From positions 1 to 39,507 of the IMG/VR virus record IMGVR_UViG_3300025078_000008: a stretch of DNA of 39,507 bases; one strand, written 5' to 3'. The notes below the pieces were generated by a model. The model ran no database searches and was not told where the DNA came from. It was given only the letters and a program-made list of their open reading frames with translations. The DNA is from a virus. Its lineage: Duplodnaviria > Caudoviricetes. Positions 18,577 to 27,017 of the stretch are shown here, piece by piece. The translations under genes and the position numbers were made by a program. Within the stretch, counting starts at the first letter, position 1. Each line of letters opens with the position of its first letter.

Positions 18577-18578
18577 AG

Positions 18579-18665
18579 TACCTCCTGGAGGATTCGAACC
18601 TCACACTCTCCAATTCCCCTATATTAATGAGGCCGGCTTAGAAGACCAGTGGGGATGCAGAAGGC
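18579..18665 (-). tRNA. non-canonical tRNA-Arg(TCT)-like RNA lacking a normal D-arm, with enlarged variable region
   Basis: GCCTTCT/AGGAGGT acceptor; CTGGT-CTTCTAA-GCCGG; GAGG-TTCGAAT-CCTC; only ~9 nt between acceptor and anticodon stems. Confidence 0.65.
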
Positions 18666-18756
18666 ACACAGTTATATTATTATATTTTTATTTATTGTTA
18701 AATTAAAACACTTTTTTTAGATTCCTGCTATATCCTGTCAAGTTATAAGTGTTAAA

Positions 18757-18829
18757 TGGGACATGTAGGACTCGAACCTACAATGAACTGATTAAAAGTC
18801 AGGTACTTTTCCAATTAAGTTAATGTCCC
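18757..18829 (-). tRNA. tRNA-Lys(TTT)
   Basis: GGGACAT/ATGTCCC+A; CTGA-CTTTTAA-TCAG; GTAGG-TTCGAGT-CCTAC. Confidence 0.92.
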
Positions 18830-18876
18830 ATAATAAACTTTTCATAATATAATAAAAGTCTATCTATTGTTTAAAT

Positions 18877-19518
18877 TTATTTTAATAAATCAATTAGTTT
18901 ACAAACGTATTCTTTCTTTTCAAGTAAAGGCAGTCTTTGATACTCGGACCATCTTACTCGTATTGTTTTCCAGCCTTCGTTTTTTATGTAATCATTTCTC
19001 TTCTCATCAGAATTAACTACTCTATTATCAACATAATGTTGTTCTCCGTCTATTTCAAGATCGATCATCTTTGAAGGTATTGCAAAGTCCATTGAATAAA
19101 GACCACATCGATGTTCCTGTATATATTCTATAGAATTGTTTTCTAACACTTCTCTGAAGTATTTTTCTGGATAACTTTCACCTTTTGAATAGTGATTTAG
19201 GATATATGGAACTTGATCAGGATTATCTTCCAGATATTTTTTTCTAGACTCTGATATTTTCTTTTTTGTTTCTTCTGAATGTTTTCTTCCTTTATTCGCT
19301 TCTGATAACTTTTCTCTAGTTGCATCAGACATTTCATAGTTTGGATTTTTTGTCCATTGATTCGCGCCTTTTCCTTTCCTGTTTTTCATTGCCTTCAACC
19401 ACTTTTTAGACTTTGGTTTTGGTTTCGCAGGATTAGGATTTTTAAAGCAGCGATTTTCATGATACTTTGATCCATGTTTACTTTCTGATTTTCTTCCACA
19501 CCATTTGCATTCATACAT
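18877..19518 (-). CDS. free-standing homing endonuclease-like protein (Zn finger + NUMOD3 + DUF559/Vsr-like nuclease)
   Basis: CKWC..H..C; KGRKHSEETKKKISE; ESYPE, DFA..IDLEIDGEQHY, D..R...GW...R.RW. Confidence 0.85.
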   Translation of the reverse strand: MYECKWCGRKSESKHGSKYHENRCFKNPNPAKPKPKSKKWLKAMKNRKGKGANQWTKNPNYEMSDATREKLSEANKGRKHSEETKKKISESRKKYLEDNPDQVPYILNHYSKGESYPEKYFREVLENNSIEYIQEHRCGLYSMDFAIPSKMIDLEIDGEQHYVDNRVVNSDEKRNDYIKNEGWKTIRVRWSEYQRLPLLEKKEYVCKLIDLLK

Positions 19519-19615
19519 TTTAGATTTTCCTTTCTAATGTAAGTATGCTTCGGGTAGAGCAGAAATCTAAAAAGTGTGTTTTAATTTTATATTGAGCTAA
19601 CAATCCTTGTATAGA

Positions 19616-19641
19616 TACTCCGAGCGGGACTTGAACCCGCA
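19616..19641 (-). pseudogene. tRNA 3' fragment (Leu-like T-arm + acceptor strand)
   Basis: T-GCGGG-TTCAAGT-CCCGC-TCGGAGT-A with no matching 5' half nearby. Confidence 0.7.
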
Positions 19642-19686
19642 AAGCATAGTTGTATTGTATTCGTTACTATTTATATGTAAAATTAA

Positions 19687-19762
19687 TGGGCCCTCTGGGA
19701 TTTGAACCCAGGAATCGCAGTTTTATGAGAACTGTGCTGTAACCTGACTTAGCTAAAGGCCC
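19687..19762 (-). tRNA. tRNA with CAT anticodon, probably Ile2 (lysidine); elongator Met not excluded
   Basis: GGGCCTT/AGGGCCC+A acceptor (Ile-like); CAGTT-CTCATAA-AACTG; CTGGG-TTCAAAT-CCCAG. Confidence 0.88.
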
Positions 19763-19836
19763 GAAATGATGTACCGAAGTACATCTGTTATTATACTAAC
19801 GCTGTTTAAAACGTTAATACTTTTCTTGTTAGAAAG

Positions 19837-20223
19837 TTAACGAGGAGTAACAACAATAGTATCTGTATCTGATGAGAATACTGAAGTGATTTCTGAGCTG
19901 TCATAGTTTTGAGCAACTTGTTGAATTCTTCGTAGTTGGTCATTTAGTCGATGTAAAGGAACGAATTTGCCGTTGCTCGGTTGACGATAGTTAACCTTGG
20001 TATAGCGAGTTCGCTTGCGTGTATCTGTTGTTGTTGTCTGGCGTGAGTCTGTTGAAATGGTCTTCTCCGTTGTCTTAATAATACGATTAACATTACCGTT
20101 TCGATTAGCTGAATAATAAACTCCTGGATTTAGTGCATCCATAAACATAGTTGTGCCATTTTCAAGTTGGCGTGTAGTTGAAGTCTCGATAAAACGGTTT
20201 GTGTCAAAGTTAATGTTTCCCAT
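19837..20223 (-). CDS. hypothetical protein, related to N-terminus of 27018..27674
   Basis: IETSTTRQLENGTTMF vs IEITTPLQSKNGTRMF; AAGGA RBS. Confidence 0.7.
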   Translation of the reverse strand: MGNINFDTNRFIETSTTRQLENGTTMFMDALNPGVYYSANRNGNVNRIIKTTEKTISTDSRQTTTTDTRKRTRYTKVNYRQPSNGKFVPLHRLNDQLRRIQQVAQNYDSSEITSVFSSDTDTIVVTPR

Positions 20224-20338
20224 TGTATTCCTTTCAAAAGAATTAGTTAAATTAGGGGGTGACTTAGAATAACCATATAATGATTAAACTAAGCAAAGTC
20301 CTTAAAATTTAAGGATTTATTTCGTATTCCATATTATT

Positions 20339-20367
20339 ATTATAATATGAATATTCAAAATTTACAC
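20339..20367 (-). promoter_or_regulatory. promoter GTGTAA-N17-TATAAT
   Basis: Exact match; probably drives the tRNA cluster. Confidence 0.75.
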
Positions 20368-20393
20368 ATATTAAATTAATTTATTTAACTAAT

Positions 20394-20621
20394 TTAATTC
20401 CTAGTAACAAAAACGATATTCCCTTCTTTATCTTTTAATTCAAAATATTGTTTTCTACTCTCATCAATCAATATCTTAGCACTTGTATTGTCTTTAAATG
20501 TAATTGTTGCAACATTCAAGTAATCTTCACAAATTTTAGTTTCAAACAACAACTCTTCAGTTTGACAGTTCAAAAGCTTTGAAATCTGTGTAACTTTGTC
20601 ACTAGATATAACATCTTTCAT
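20394..20621 (-). CDS. hypothetical protein
   Basis: GAGGA RBS. Confidence 0.6.
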   Translation of the reverse strand: MKDVISSDKVTQISKLLNCQTEELLFETKICEDYLNVATITFKDNTSAKILIDESRKQYFELKDKEGNIVFVTRN

Positions 20622-21007
20622 TTTATCCTCTTGTTTTTAAAAGAGATTTGTATTGTTTAAGACACAATCCTGTTGACTTCCAATCTTTATAAAAGTTTTG
20701 AATGTATTCTTTATTTAATCCTGTAATATTGTTTTTACCAAATACTTCACAAGCAAACTCGTACAAAGTAATATTAATCATTAGTTATCTTTCTGGGGTA
20801 ATAGTAATTTCATATTCTGACATATCGTGAAATTCAATGTTAGTCTTTTCAAAACTAACAAGGCTAAATATTGCTGTTAGACATAGTGTAGTTAAAATTG
20901 TATATAAATATTTCATTTGGTAATTCCTTGATTTTGTTTATTTGTTTGTTATATATACTGAACAAATTGATTTGACATTATTATATTTGTTTTTGTTAAA
21001 ATTTACA

Positions 21008-21364
21008 TTAAAACTTAGCATTAAAAACTAACAATACATGATCATTATAATAACTGTCAAGTTGTGTTTTGCTAGAAACAACAAGTTTTTGACATATAAC
21101 TTCATCTTCAACTATTTCATAATCACAATCATAAGAATCATAACACCTTGCTGTGACAATTTCAAGAGACACATCTTTCTTTTCTACAGTAGCATATATC
21201 TTGTAGAAAGGGTTACTTCCCACATCAGACTTAATATCCTTATATTCAAGATTTTTACAATGAATTTCATCAAATCCTTGCTTTTTTAAAGAATCAATTG
21301 ACGGCTTTCTTATATCAGCGCAAGATAGAAGTGTAAAAGATAGTAGCAACAAATATTTTTTCAT
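21008..21364 (-). CDS. putative lipoprotein
   Basis: MKKYLLLLSFTLLSC lipobox. Confidence 0.7.
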   Translation of the reverse strand: MKKYLLLLSFTLLSCADIRKPSIDSLKKQGFDEIHCKNLEYKDIKSDVGSNPFYKIYATVEKKDVSLEIVTARCYDSYDCDYEIVEDEVICQKLVVSSKTQLDSYYNDHVLLVFNAKF

Positions 21365-21670
21365 TAATCCCTTTTAATTTCTATGTGTATTGTAAAATGT
21401 TCTCTGCTAGAACATTAACAATTTCGTAATCTTTTATCTCAATACAATAACAAGCTTGTGTTATCATGTCATAGAAGCATTGCATATTAATTCTTTCTGT
21501 AATTTGTAAATATAAAAACAATGTAGTATAATAAAACAACGGCAGGAAACACTTCAATTCTAGAGTAGGGTGTCACTTTACAAATATTATAAGTAACAAA
21601 GCAAAACGAGAAAGATACTAAACCGAATTTTATAACGTTAAAGTTATTATCTGTATTTCTCAATAATATA

Positions 21671-21910
21671 TTAGATATCTTTCCAAGTAAAATCATTTGA
21701 ATCAACTGTTAGTGAAAGAAGTTTCCCTTTTGATATAGCAATTAATTGACTATGTTTGTTTGGGTTAACAAATACATCTGAAGTTTTTGACAGATCTCTT
21801 TTTACTTTTCTAATTTCATTAATACACATTGTCTGAGTTTCATTTATTTCTAGCGAATCATCTTCACAACAGTCAGTTAAGATCATAACTTTGTATTCTG
21901 GTAAGGTCAT
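21671..21910 (-). CDS. hypothetical protein
   Basis: TAATG coupling. Confidence 0.55.
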   Translation of the reverse strand: MTLPEYKVMILTDCCEDDSLEINETQTMCINEIRKVKRDLSKTSDVFVNPNKHSQLIAISKGKLLSLTVDSNDFTWKDI

Positions 21911-22194
21911 TAAAATGAAGGTATTCTACGAAGATTAATCATGCAGTTTCTTACAACATTATTATAATCATAGTCTAAAGAATTAATATCAGGCGTGTTT
22001 ATGTTATATAAAACAACTTCAGCACTGCCTTCATCTATTTCAAAGTTCAAACGAAGTGCATCATCTTTTTTATCATAATCATAGTCGAAATACTTATTTA
22101 ACATTTGCTTATTAAAAACTAAGTCTAGATGCATATTAATTCCTATCTCTTTCTCAACAATACTTGCTGTCTCTATAAAATCATTTAAATCCAT
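21910..22194 (-). CDS. hypothetical protein
   Basis: ORF in operon. Confidence 0.6.
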   Translation of the reverse strand: MDLNDFIETASIVEKEIGINMHLDLVFNKQMLNKYFDYDYDKKDDALRLNFEIDEGSAEVVLYNINTPDINSLDYDYNNVVRNCMINLRRIPSF

Positions 22195-22196
22195 TT

Positions 22197-22403
22197 TTAG
22201 TTTCCTTTCTTTATCTCTATAAAAGAATTGTTGTCATTAAAGTTTTCAAATGTATATAATCTATATTTTCCTTCACCCCAGATTCTATTGCACCTTCTAA
22301 TCGCTATATCATCTACTCCTAAATGAAATTTTGTATTTTCAACGAGTTTTTTCTTCGCGTCAGATAAATTTGAATTACCTTTATATGCAAAATATTTATT
22401 CAT
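22197..22403 (-). CDS. hypothetical protein, paralog of 30228..30428
   Basis: K(Y/F)(F/Y)AYK...AI......G...Y.L pattern; AAGGAG RBS. Confidence 0.65.
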   Translation of the reverse strand: MNKYFAYKGNSNLSDAKKKLVENTKFHLGVDDIAIRRCNRIWGEGKYRLYTFENFNDNNSFIEIKKGN

Positions 22404-22421
22404 TTTATCTCCTTATATTGT

Positions 22422-22450
22422 ATTATAATAACAAATTTATTTAATTACAC
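22422..22450 (-). promoter_or_regulatory. promoter GTGTAA-N17-TATAAT
   Basis: Exact match. Confidence 0.75.
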
Positions 22451-22776
22451 TTAACAAAACAAACATTCGGGCAAAGCCCATCTGTGTATAATAGAAAAAT
22501 TATCTCTCCCATTGATAAGCATTCATAGATTAACGGCACTTCTCTTTCGTAAAATATTCTTGTAATCATAATCATCATATTACTTTTTATGAATCCTCCA
22601 AAAGATTCATCTAGATGACAAGAAAAGTTATATATATCATTTAAACTTTGATGATCTTCATCAGGCAAGTAAGTAACAAAAGGAAACGTCGATATATCAT
22701 CTCTTAATGTAATCATATCACCCGGGAAAAACTCTGCTAGATTGTACTTCTTTATCATATGCAAATCTAATATCAT
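22441..22776 (-). CDS. hypothetical protein
   Basis: ORF ends within the promoter. Confidence 0.55.
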   Translation of the reverse strand: MILDLHMIKKYNLAEFFPGDMITLRDDISTFPFVTYLPDEDHQSLNDIYNFSCHLDESFGGFIKSNMMIMITRIFYEREVPLIYECLSMGEIIFLLYTDGLCPNVCFVKCN

Positions 22777-22778
22777 AT

Positions 22779-23057
22779 CTATAACTTCCTTATAAGAGAA
22801 ATAAAACTACCAATCTCTGTAATATTGTAGTCAACGTCTCTAACAACATTATTTTCTAAAATAGCAAGTGTAAATATTTCGCTATGATTTTCTTCAATGT
22901 TCTCTTCAAAGTATTTATCGTCTTCTAAAATACTTTTAAATACACTGTTCCAACTTTCTACTCCTACTATTATACCAATAGAAGTAATATCTGATTCATT
23001 TGTTTTAACTAGATCACCTAAGCTAAACATAAACTTTACGTAATCTCTATAGGACAA
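22779..23057 (-). CDS. small GDLV-type protein
   Basis: FSLGDLVK...GIIVG. Confidence 0.55.
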   Translation of the reverse strand: MSYRDYVKFMFSLGDLVKTNESDITSIGIIVGVESWNSVFKSILEDDKYFEENIEENHSEIFTLAILENNVVRDVDYNITEIGSFISLIRKL

Positions 23058-23356
23058 TCTTCTTCAAATATCTCGTTCCAAGACTTTCTATTTAAGTAGT
23101 CACCATCATCATGATGGGTTAATTTAATTCCATCAATTTTAAACTGAGTCGAACCTTGAATTCTTGTCATAGAAAGTGTTAAAGGCTTTCCTTCACTAGA
23201 TAACTCTGCTTTATAAGCATGTACCTCATAATATGGATGATAACTATGACTATGAGATATAAACTCAAGCACAGTTCCAATTGGCATTATATGATTTTCT
23301 TTATCGAAAGCTTGTCTAATTAATATAGATTTTTTGATTGTTAAAGATAAACTCAA
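23036..23356 (-). CDS. hypothetical protein
   Basis: TTG start after AAGGA, downstream of promoter. Confidence 0.55.
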   Translation of the reverse strand: MSLSLTIKKSILIRQAFDKENHIMPIGTVLEFISHSHSYHPYYEVHAYKAELSSEGKPLTLSMTRIQGSTQFKIDGIKLTHHDDGDYLNRKSWNEIFEEDCPIEIT

Positions 23357-23389
23357 AATATTTCCTTAATTTAATAGGCATTTATACAT

Positions 23390-23418
23390 ATAATAAACGC
23401 TTGATAAACAATTTACAC
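23390..23418 (-). promoter_or_regulatory. promoter GTGTAA-N17-TATTAT
   Basis: -35 exact, -10 variant. Confidence 0.6.
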
Positions 23419-23436
23419 GAAGAATTTGCTTCAATG

Positions 23437-23709
23437 CTATATTAGTTCACCTTTACTTATTTCTAAATGGCAATAAGTTGATATAACTTCTAGTCCACTT
23501 GTTGTCTTAAAACTCCACAAGCCTGCTTTCGGAGCATATGGATAACGTGCCTCATATGAGGTGACTTCATACTTTTTAATATGACCTAATGGATGTTTAC
23601 AAGTTATAACATAATTTTTATTATGAATCTTATTGGAGTCTTTTATCACTTGATCACAGCCGGTGGTGATCATCAAGATTACAAATATACTTAGCTTTGC
23701 TTTTATCAT
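23437..23709 (-). CDS. putative lipoprotein, paralog of 31994..32263
   Basis: ITTGC lipobox; G.WSFKT..G....S..CH.E. Confidence 0.7.
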   Translation of the reverse strand: MIKAKLSIFVILMITTGCDQVIKDSNKIHNKNYVITCKHPLGHIKKYEVTSYEARYPYAPKAGLWSFKTTSGLEVISTYCHLEISKGELI

Positions 23710-23716
23710 AATTTAC

Positions 23717-24028
23717 TCAGATTTTCTTTTGCTTTTTTGTAAGCATAAAATATTCAGTTCGCCAAATTCCGTCTACCCAATCAAAGTAATGGTACGCATG
23801 TGTCTCATCATTTCCAGAGATATCATAATACTTTCTATTATATTCTTCAATATTAGCGACACCTTTACAAGTGCCAATTGTTTCTACATTCCAATCGCCA
23901 CTATACATCTTCGTTCTAAGACACATACTTCTTAACGAAATGTTTGTATTACCCACCTTTTTAGACTTAGGATCAGTTAACTGAGATCTAGTAATATCAC
24001 TATGCCACTGTTCACTGTAATGTAACAT
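23717..24028 (-). CDS. hypothetical protein, paralog of 29872..30186
   Basis: H.SEQW, TCKGV, AYHYFD..DGIWRT. Confidence 0.75.
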   Translation of the reverse strand: MLHYSEQWHSDITRSQLTDPKSKKVGNTNISLRSMCLRTKMYSGDWNVETIGTCKGVANIEEYNRKYYDISGNDETHAYHYFDWVDGIWRTEYFMLTKKQKKI

Positions 24029-24260
24029 TTAAATCCTTTATTTCAATCATTCTTACACTATCAGAAGAATTGTAAAGTATTTCTACATAGTCCGTATCCC
24101 ATCGAATATCACGCCACATTACAGAAATCCCGGGTTTAGACCAATTAACTTGGTAACCAGAAAAGTAATTCCTTACAGAAACTTTATAACCTGGCCCGAG
24201 ATGTGCAGAAATATTAGCAATTGAATTAAGTAGTTCATTGTCAATCATATTAATACTCAT
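24012..24260 (-). CDS. hypothetical protein
   Basis: ORF in operon. Confidence 0.55.
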   Translation of the reverse strand: MSINMIDNELLNSIANISAHLGPGYKVSVRNYFSGYQVNWSKPGISVMWRDIRWDTDYVEILYNSSDSVRMIEIKDLNVTLQ

Positions 24261-24507
24261 CTCTTACACAAAATACACAAATATTGTCACACTTACTACA
24301 ACCATAAACTTCACTCATATCTGATATATGACATTTATGTATAAACCACTTTTTTTCACCATTACAACTATTACACACAGATACGCCATCAGATGAAGTA
24401 ACAGGATCAACATAAGCGTTATTTTTTTTCTTAATACTTGTTAATCTTATCTGTGATCTAATGACAGATTCTTTTAATTTTGTTTTTTTAGCATCATTAC
24501 TAGACAT
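24250..24507 (-). CDS. Cys-rich zinc-binding protein, paralog of 13063..13248
   Basis: CNSC...HKC...YGCSKCDNICVFC. Confidence 0.65.
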   Translation of the reverse strand: MSSNDAKKTKLKESVIRSQIRLTSIKKKNNAYVDPVTSSDGVSVCNSCNGEKKWFIHKCHISDMSEVYGCSKCDNICVFCVRDEY

Positions 24508-24802
24508 TTTCTAATTCTTTCTCTTCTTCAATAGAAAGATCAGAAAAGCTTATCTTAAGTCCAGGATCTTGATCGTTTTGTGTATAACAATCGAATTGAT
24601 CGATTAATAATTTATATAACGACTTTTCAACCCAGCCCTTACAATCCTCGTCTTCATAGACAAACATATCTACTCCACCTTCCCGCTCATTGCCTGTAAC
24701 TAGAAGCCAACCATTTCTAACTCTTCTAATTAGTATATCACCGTTATCATACTCGGGTCTCATATTAATCTCCATACATTTCGTTATATCTTTTAGCTTC
24801 AA
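24500..24802 (-). CDS. hypothetical protein
   Basis: I..V.NGW motif; start likely MRPEY. Confidence 0.6.
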   Translation of the reverse strand: MKLKDITKCMEINMRPEYDNGDILIRRVRNGWLLVTGNEREGGVDMFVYEDEDCKGWVEKSLYKLLIDQFDCYTQNDQDPGLKISFSDLSIEEEKELENV

Positions 24803-25154
24803 TAAATCCAGGGGTCATATACGCAATTTTACATTCTAAAGTTCTTTTAGCAGCAATACAACTGTCATGCCAATTTTTCATGTCTCTTTTAGAAATCTCT
24901 TGTGTCAAGATCTTTGATATTGCCATATATAAAGGTCTTCTGTTAACAACAGTTATGTTGCAAGATTTGATTGCATTATCAACATCTCTGTCATATTGAT
25001 ATGAGTTTTCATAGTGTGTTTTGCCTTCGCAAGCAGATGATATTGCTTTTACAATAGGCATTAGTTTTTCTTTGCTGAACGTAATTGTTTCATAACTTGC
25101 GATCCAAGGATTGTCGCTTGTATTGAATTTTATAGTTATTTCGTTTGAAGACAT
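24765..25154 (-). CDS. hypothetical protein
   Basis: First gene after promoter and CAAT leader. Confidence 0.65.
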   Translation of the reverse strand: MSSNEITIKFNTSDNPWIASYETITFSKEKLMPIVKAISSACEGKTHYENSYQYDRDVDNAIKSCNITVVNRRPLYMAISKILTQEISKRDMKNWHDSCIAAKRTLECKIAYMTPGFIEAKRYNEMYGD

Positions 25155-25202
25155 AGTTGTTACCTTTTGATTGATTGATTGATTGTTGTTGCCTTATAAT
25201 AT

Positions 25203-25231
25203 ATTATAATAAGAGATTAATTTATTTACAC
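25203..25231 (-). promoter_or_regulatory. promoter GTGTAA-N17-TATAAT with CAAC/CAAT-repeat leader
   Basis: Exact match; upstream stop abuts the -35. Confidence 0.8.
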
Positions 25232-25435
25232 TTAAGAGTTAACTTCATGATTCTTTCCAAACGAAACTACAGCTGTATAATTACAAACTTTGCATTCTTT
25301 AAAGTTGATTGTTTTATTGACTGATATACTCATTGTTTTAATAACATTATCAAGTATATGGAAACCATACTCACAATCGTTATAAACTTCCATAAAGCGT
25401 CTATGCTCTTCAATTACACTATCTTCTAAAATCAT
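25232..25435 (-). CDS. hypothetical protein
   Basis: AGGAG RBS. Confidence 0.55.
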   Translation of the reverse strand: MILEDSVIEEHRRFMEVYNDCEYGFHILDNVIKTMSISVNKTINFKECKVCNYTAVVSFGKNHEVNS

Positions 25436-25445
25436 TTCTCTCCTA

Positions 25446-25724
25446 TTAATAACGTGGAAACATCAAAATCTCAAACCCAGTACTTTCTAACTCTTCTTGC
25501 ATAATACCATATACATGCGGTGACATAACTTTAAACTCACCTAGAGGAGTAAACAAGAGCTGTAATATTGAAGAGTTTGTTGCTTTAAAATAACTCTGTA
25601 TATTATCTTTAAGCAATACTGCATTTTCATATTGAGTCATTGAGGAGAGGTTTTTTATTAATGAGTTTTCTCCTTCAACTTTAGTAGAGTCTTTTATAAT
25701 GTTGTATAACAGCAATTTATTCAT
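25446..25724 (-). CDS. hypothetical protein
   Basis: AGGT RBS. Confidence 0.55.
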   Translation of the reverse strand: MNKLLLYNIIKDSTKVEGENSLIKNLSSMTQYENAVLLKDNIQSYFKATNSSILQLLFTPLGEFKVMSPHVYGIMQEELESTGFEILMFPRY

Positions 25725-25770
25725 GCAAATACCTATCTTAATGTAAACATTTCTACTTTATATGTTTTCT

Positions 25771-25992
25771 TTATCCACGTGTCTTATAGAACTCATTCAA
25801 GTCATCAGAGACTTCATCGAAAGATGTCCTAACATGAACGCTCTTTCCACTATGGAAATGAATCCAACATGATTCAAGTGATTCTTCACCCTTATGTGGA
25901 TCTTTATTCTCAATAATATGTGATATCGCTGACATAACTACAGACATATCTGTTGAAGAATTCACTGTTATATAATTTTGTAATGCTGACAT
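25771..25992 (-). CDS. hypothetical protein, paralog of 35069..35302
   Basis: MSA.SHIIENK...WIHFHSGKSVHVR shared; AAGGA RBS before MSALQ. Confidence 0.75.
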   Translation of the reverse strand: MSALQNYITVNSSTDMSVVMSAISHIIENKDPHKGEESLESCWIHFHSGKSVHVRTSFDEVSDDLNEFYKTRG

Positions 25993-26126
25993 AGTAATCC
26001 TTTTTCTATATAATAATTCGTCTAATACACACTCTATGATACTTCCAAACAGAATTGAACTGTTTAAACACAACCGTGAAGAAGTATAATACTACAGCTA
26101 AAGAATAACAACAGCTGCAGAAAAGA

Positions 26127-26158
26127 TGACGAAACGCAGGGTTTGACCCGCAAGTCAA
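26127..26158 (+). repeat. 32-bp dispersed motif copy C
   Basis: TGACGAAACGCAGGGTTTGACCCGCAAGTCAA. Confidence 0.7.
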
Positions 26159-26161
26159 GTG

Positions 26162-26920
26162 TTATAGATCGTAATCATCATCTAACGAGACTTCAAGCTC
26201 TTCGTCTATCAAACCTTCAGCAGCTAAAAATGATTCCCACTCTTTAGGATCATCACTTTGAGGAGGCTCACTTAAAACCACTTCATCTTCTAACTCATCA
26301 TTAATCTCATTAGCAAGAACCTGAACAGATGATGTATCAATCTCTACTTCTTTAATCTTCTCCTTTGTCTTTACTTTAGGCATAGGAGCTGAGTCCTCTT
26401 CTAGCTTAAGAGATTTAGGAGTACCAGGCATAGCTTCAATATAAGATGTTATAGTATCAGTTGGCATCATATGAAGTTGCTTAGGATGATCGATAGTCGA
26501 GCCTTCAGTTCGAACCTCAAAGGCAGCAGACTTAACACCATCATTAACACGAGGACCATTAAAACGAATCCATGCTTTACCTAACTTAGTAGTATTCTTA
26601 CGGTAATCAGTGCAATCAATACCATCAGTTTCAAACTGTACCAAAGTTGGTTCGATTTCTTCAAGAGATACAAATACCCATTTAGCTCCACGACCGTTAA
26701 ACTGTGATTTGATCTCAGATCTCCAATCATTACCAGACTTGTCACTGCGAGATGTTAAAGGTTTAACATTTTCTTTTAATAAAGATTCAACTTCTTTACG
26801 ATAGTCTGTAAAACCTTGTGGATTATCTTTGAAGTGATTGACAAGTGCTGTGATTAATGTAGTAGTTGAGTTCATAGAAATCTCCTCAGAACTGTTATTG
26901 TTTGTTTGAATGTTGGTCAT
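26162..26920 (-). CDS. hypothetical protein with acidic tail, five-paralog family
   Basis: DWRSE.K..F.GRG.KWVFVSLE, AWIRF.GPR, AAFEVRT.GST.DHPKQLH shared with 37874..38566. Confidence 0.85.
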   Translation of the reverse strand: MTNIQTNNNSSEEISMNSTTTLITALVNHFKDNPQGFTDYRKEVESLLKENVKPLTSRSDKSGNDWRSEIKSQFNGRGAKWVFVSLEEIEPTLVQFETDGIDCTDYRKNTTKLGKAWIRFNGPRVNDGVKSAAFEVRTEGSTIDHPKQLHMMPTDTITSYIEAMPGTPKSLKLEEDSAPMPKVKTKEKIKEVEIDTSSVQVLANEINDELEDEVVLSEPPQSDDPKEWESFLAAEGLIDEELEVSLDDDYDL

Positions 26921-26966
26921 AATTAATGTCCTTTTTGAATGATTAAGTGTTGTTGCCTTATGGTAT

Positions 26967-26996
26967 ATTATAATATGAAGTTTAACCTGTTTACAC
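26967..26996 (-). promoter_or_regulatory. promoter GTGTAA-N18-TATAAT
   Basis: Exact hexamers. Confidence 0.78.
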
Positions 26997-27017
26997 GCAA
27001 GAGAGACTCTTTAGATC

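Noticed and set aside
19545-19562. + strand tRNA D-arm-like GCTTCGGGTAGAGCA
   Set aside because: No acceptor, anticodon or T-arm around it on that strand.
18830-19686. Group I intron splitting a tRNA around the endonuclease
   Set aside because: The flanking tRNA-Lys is complete, the orphan 3' fragment lies upstream of the ORF (wrong order), and there is no room for a P/Q/R/S core.
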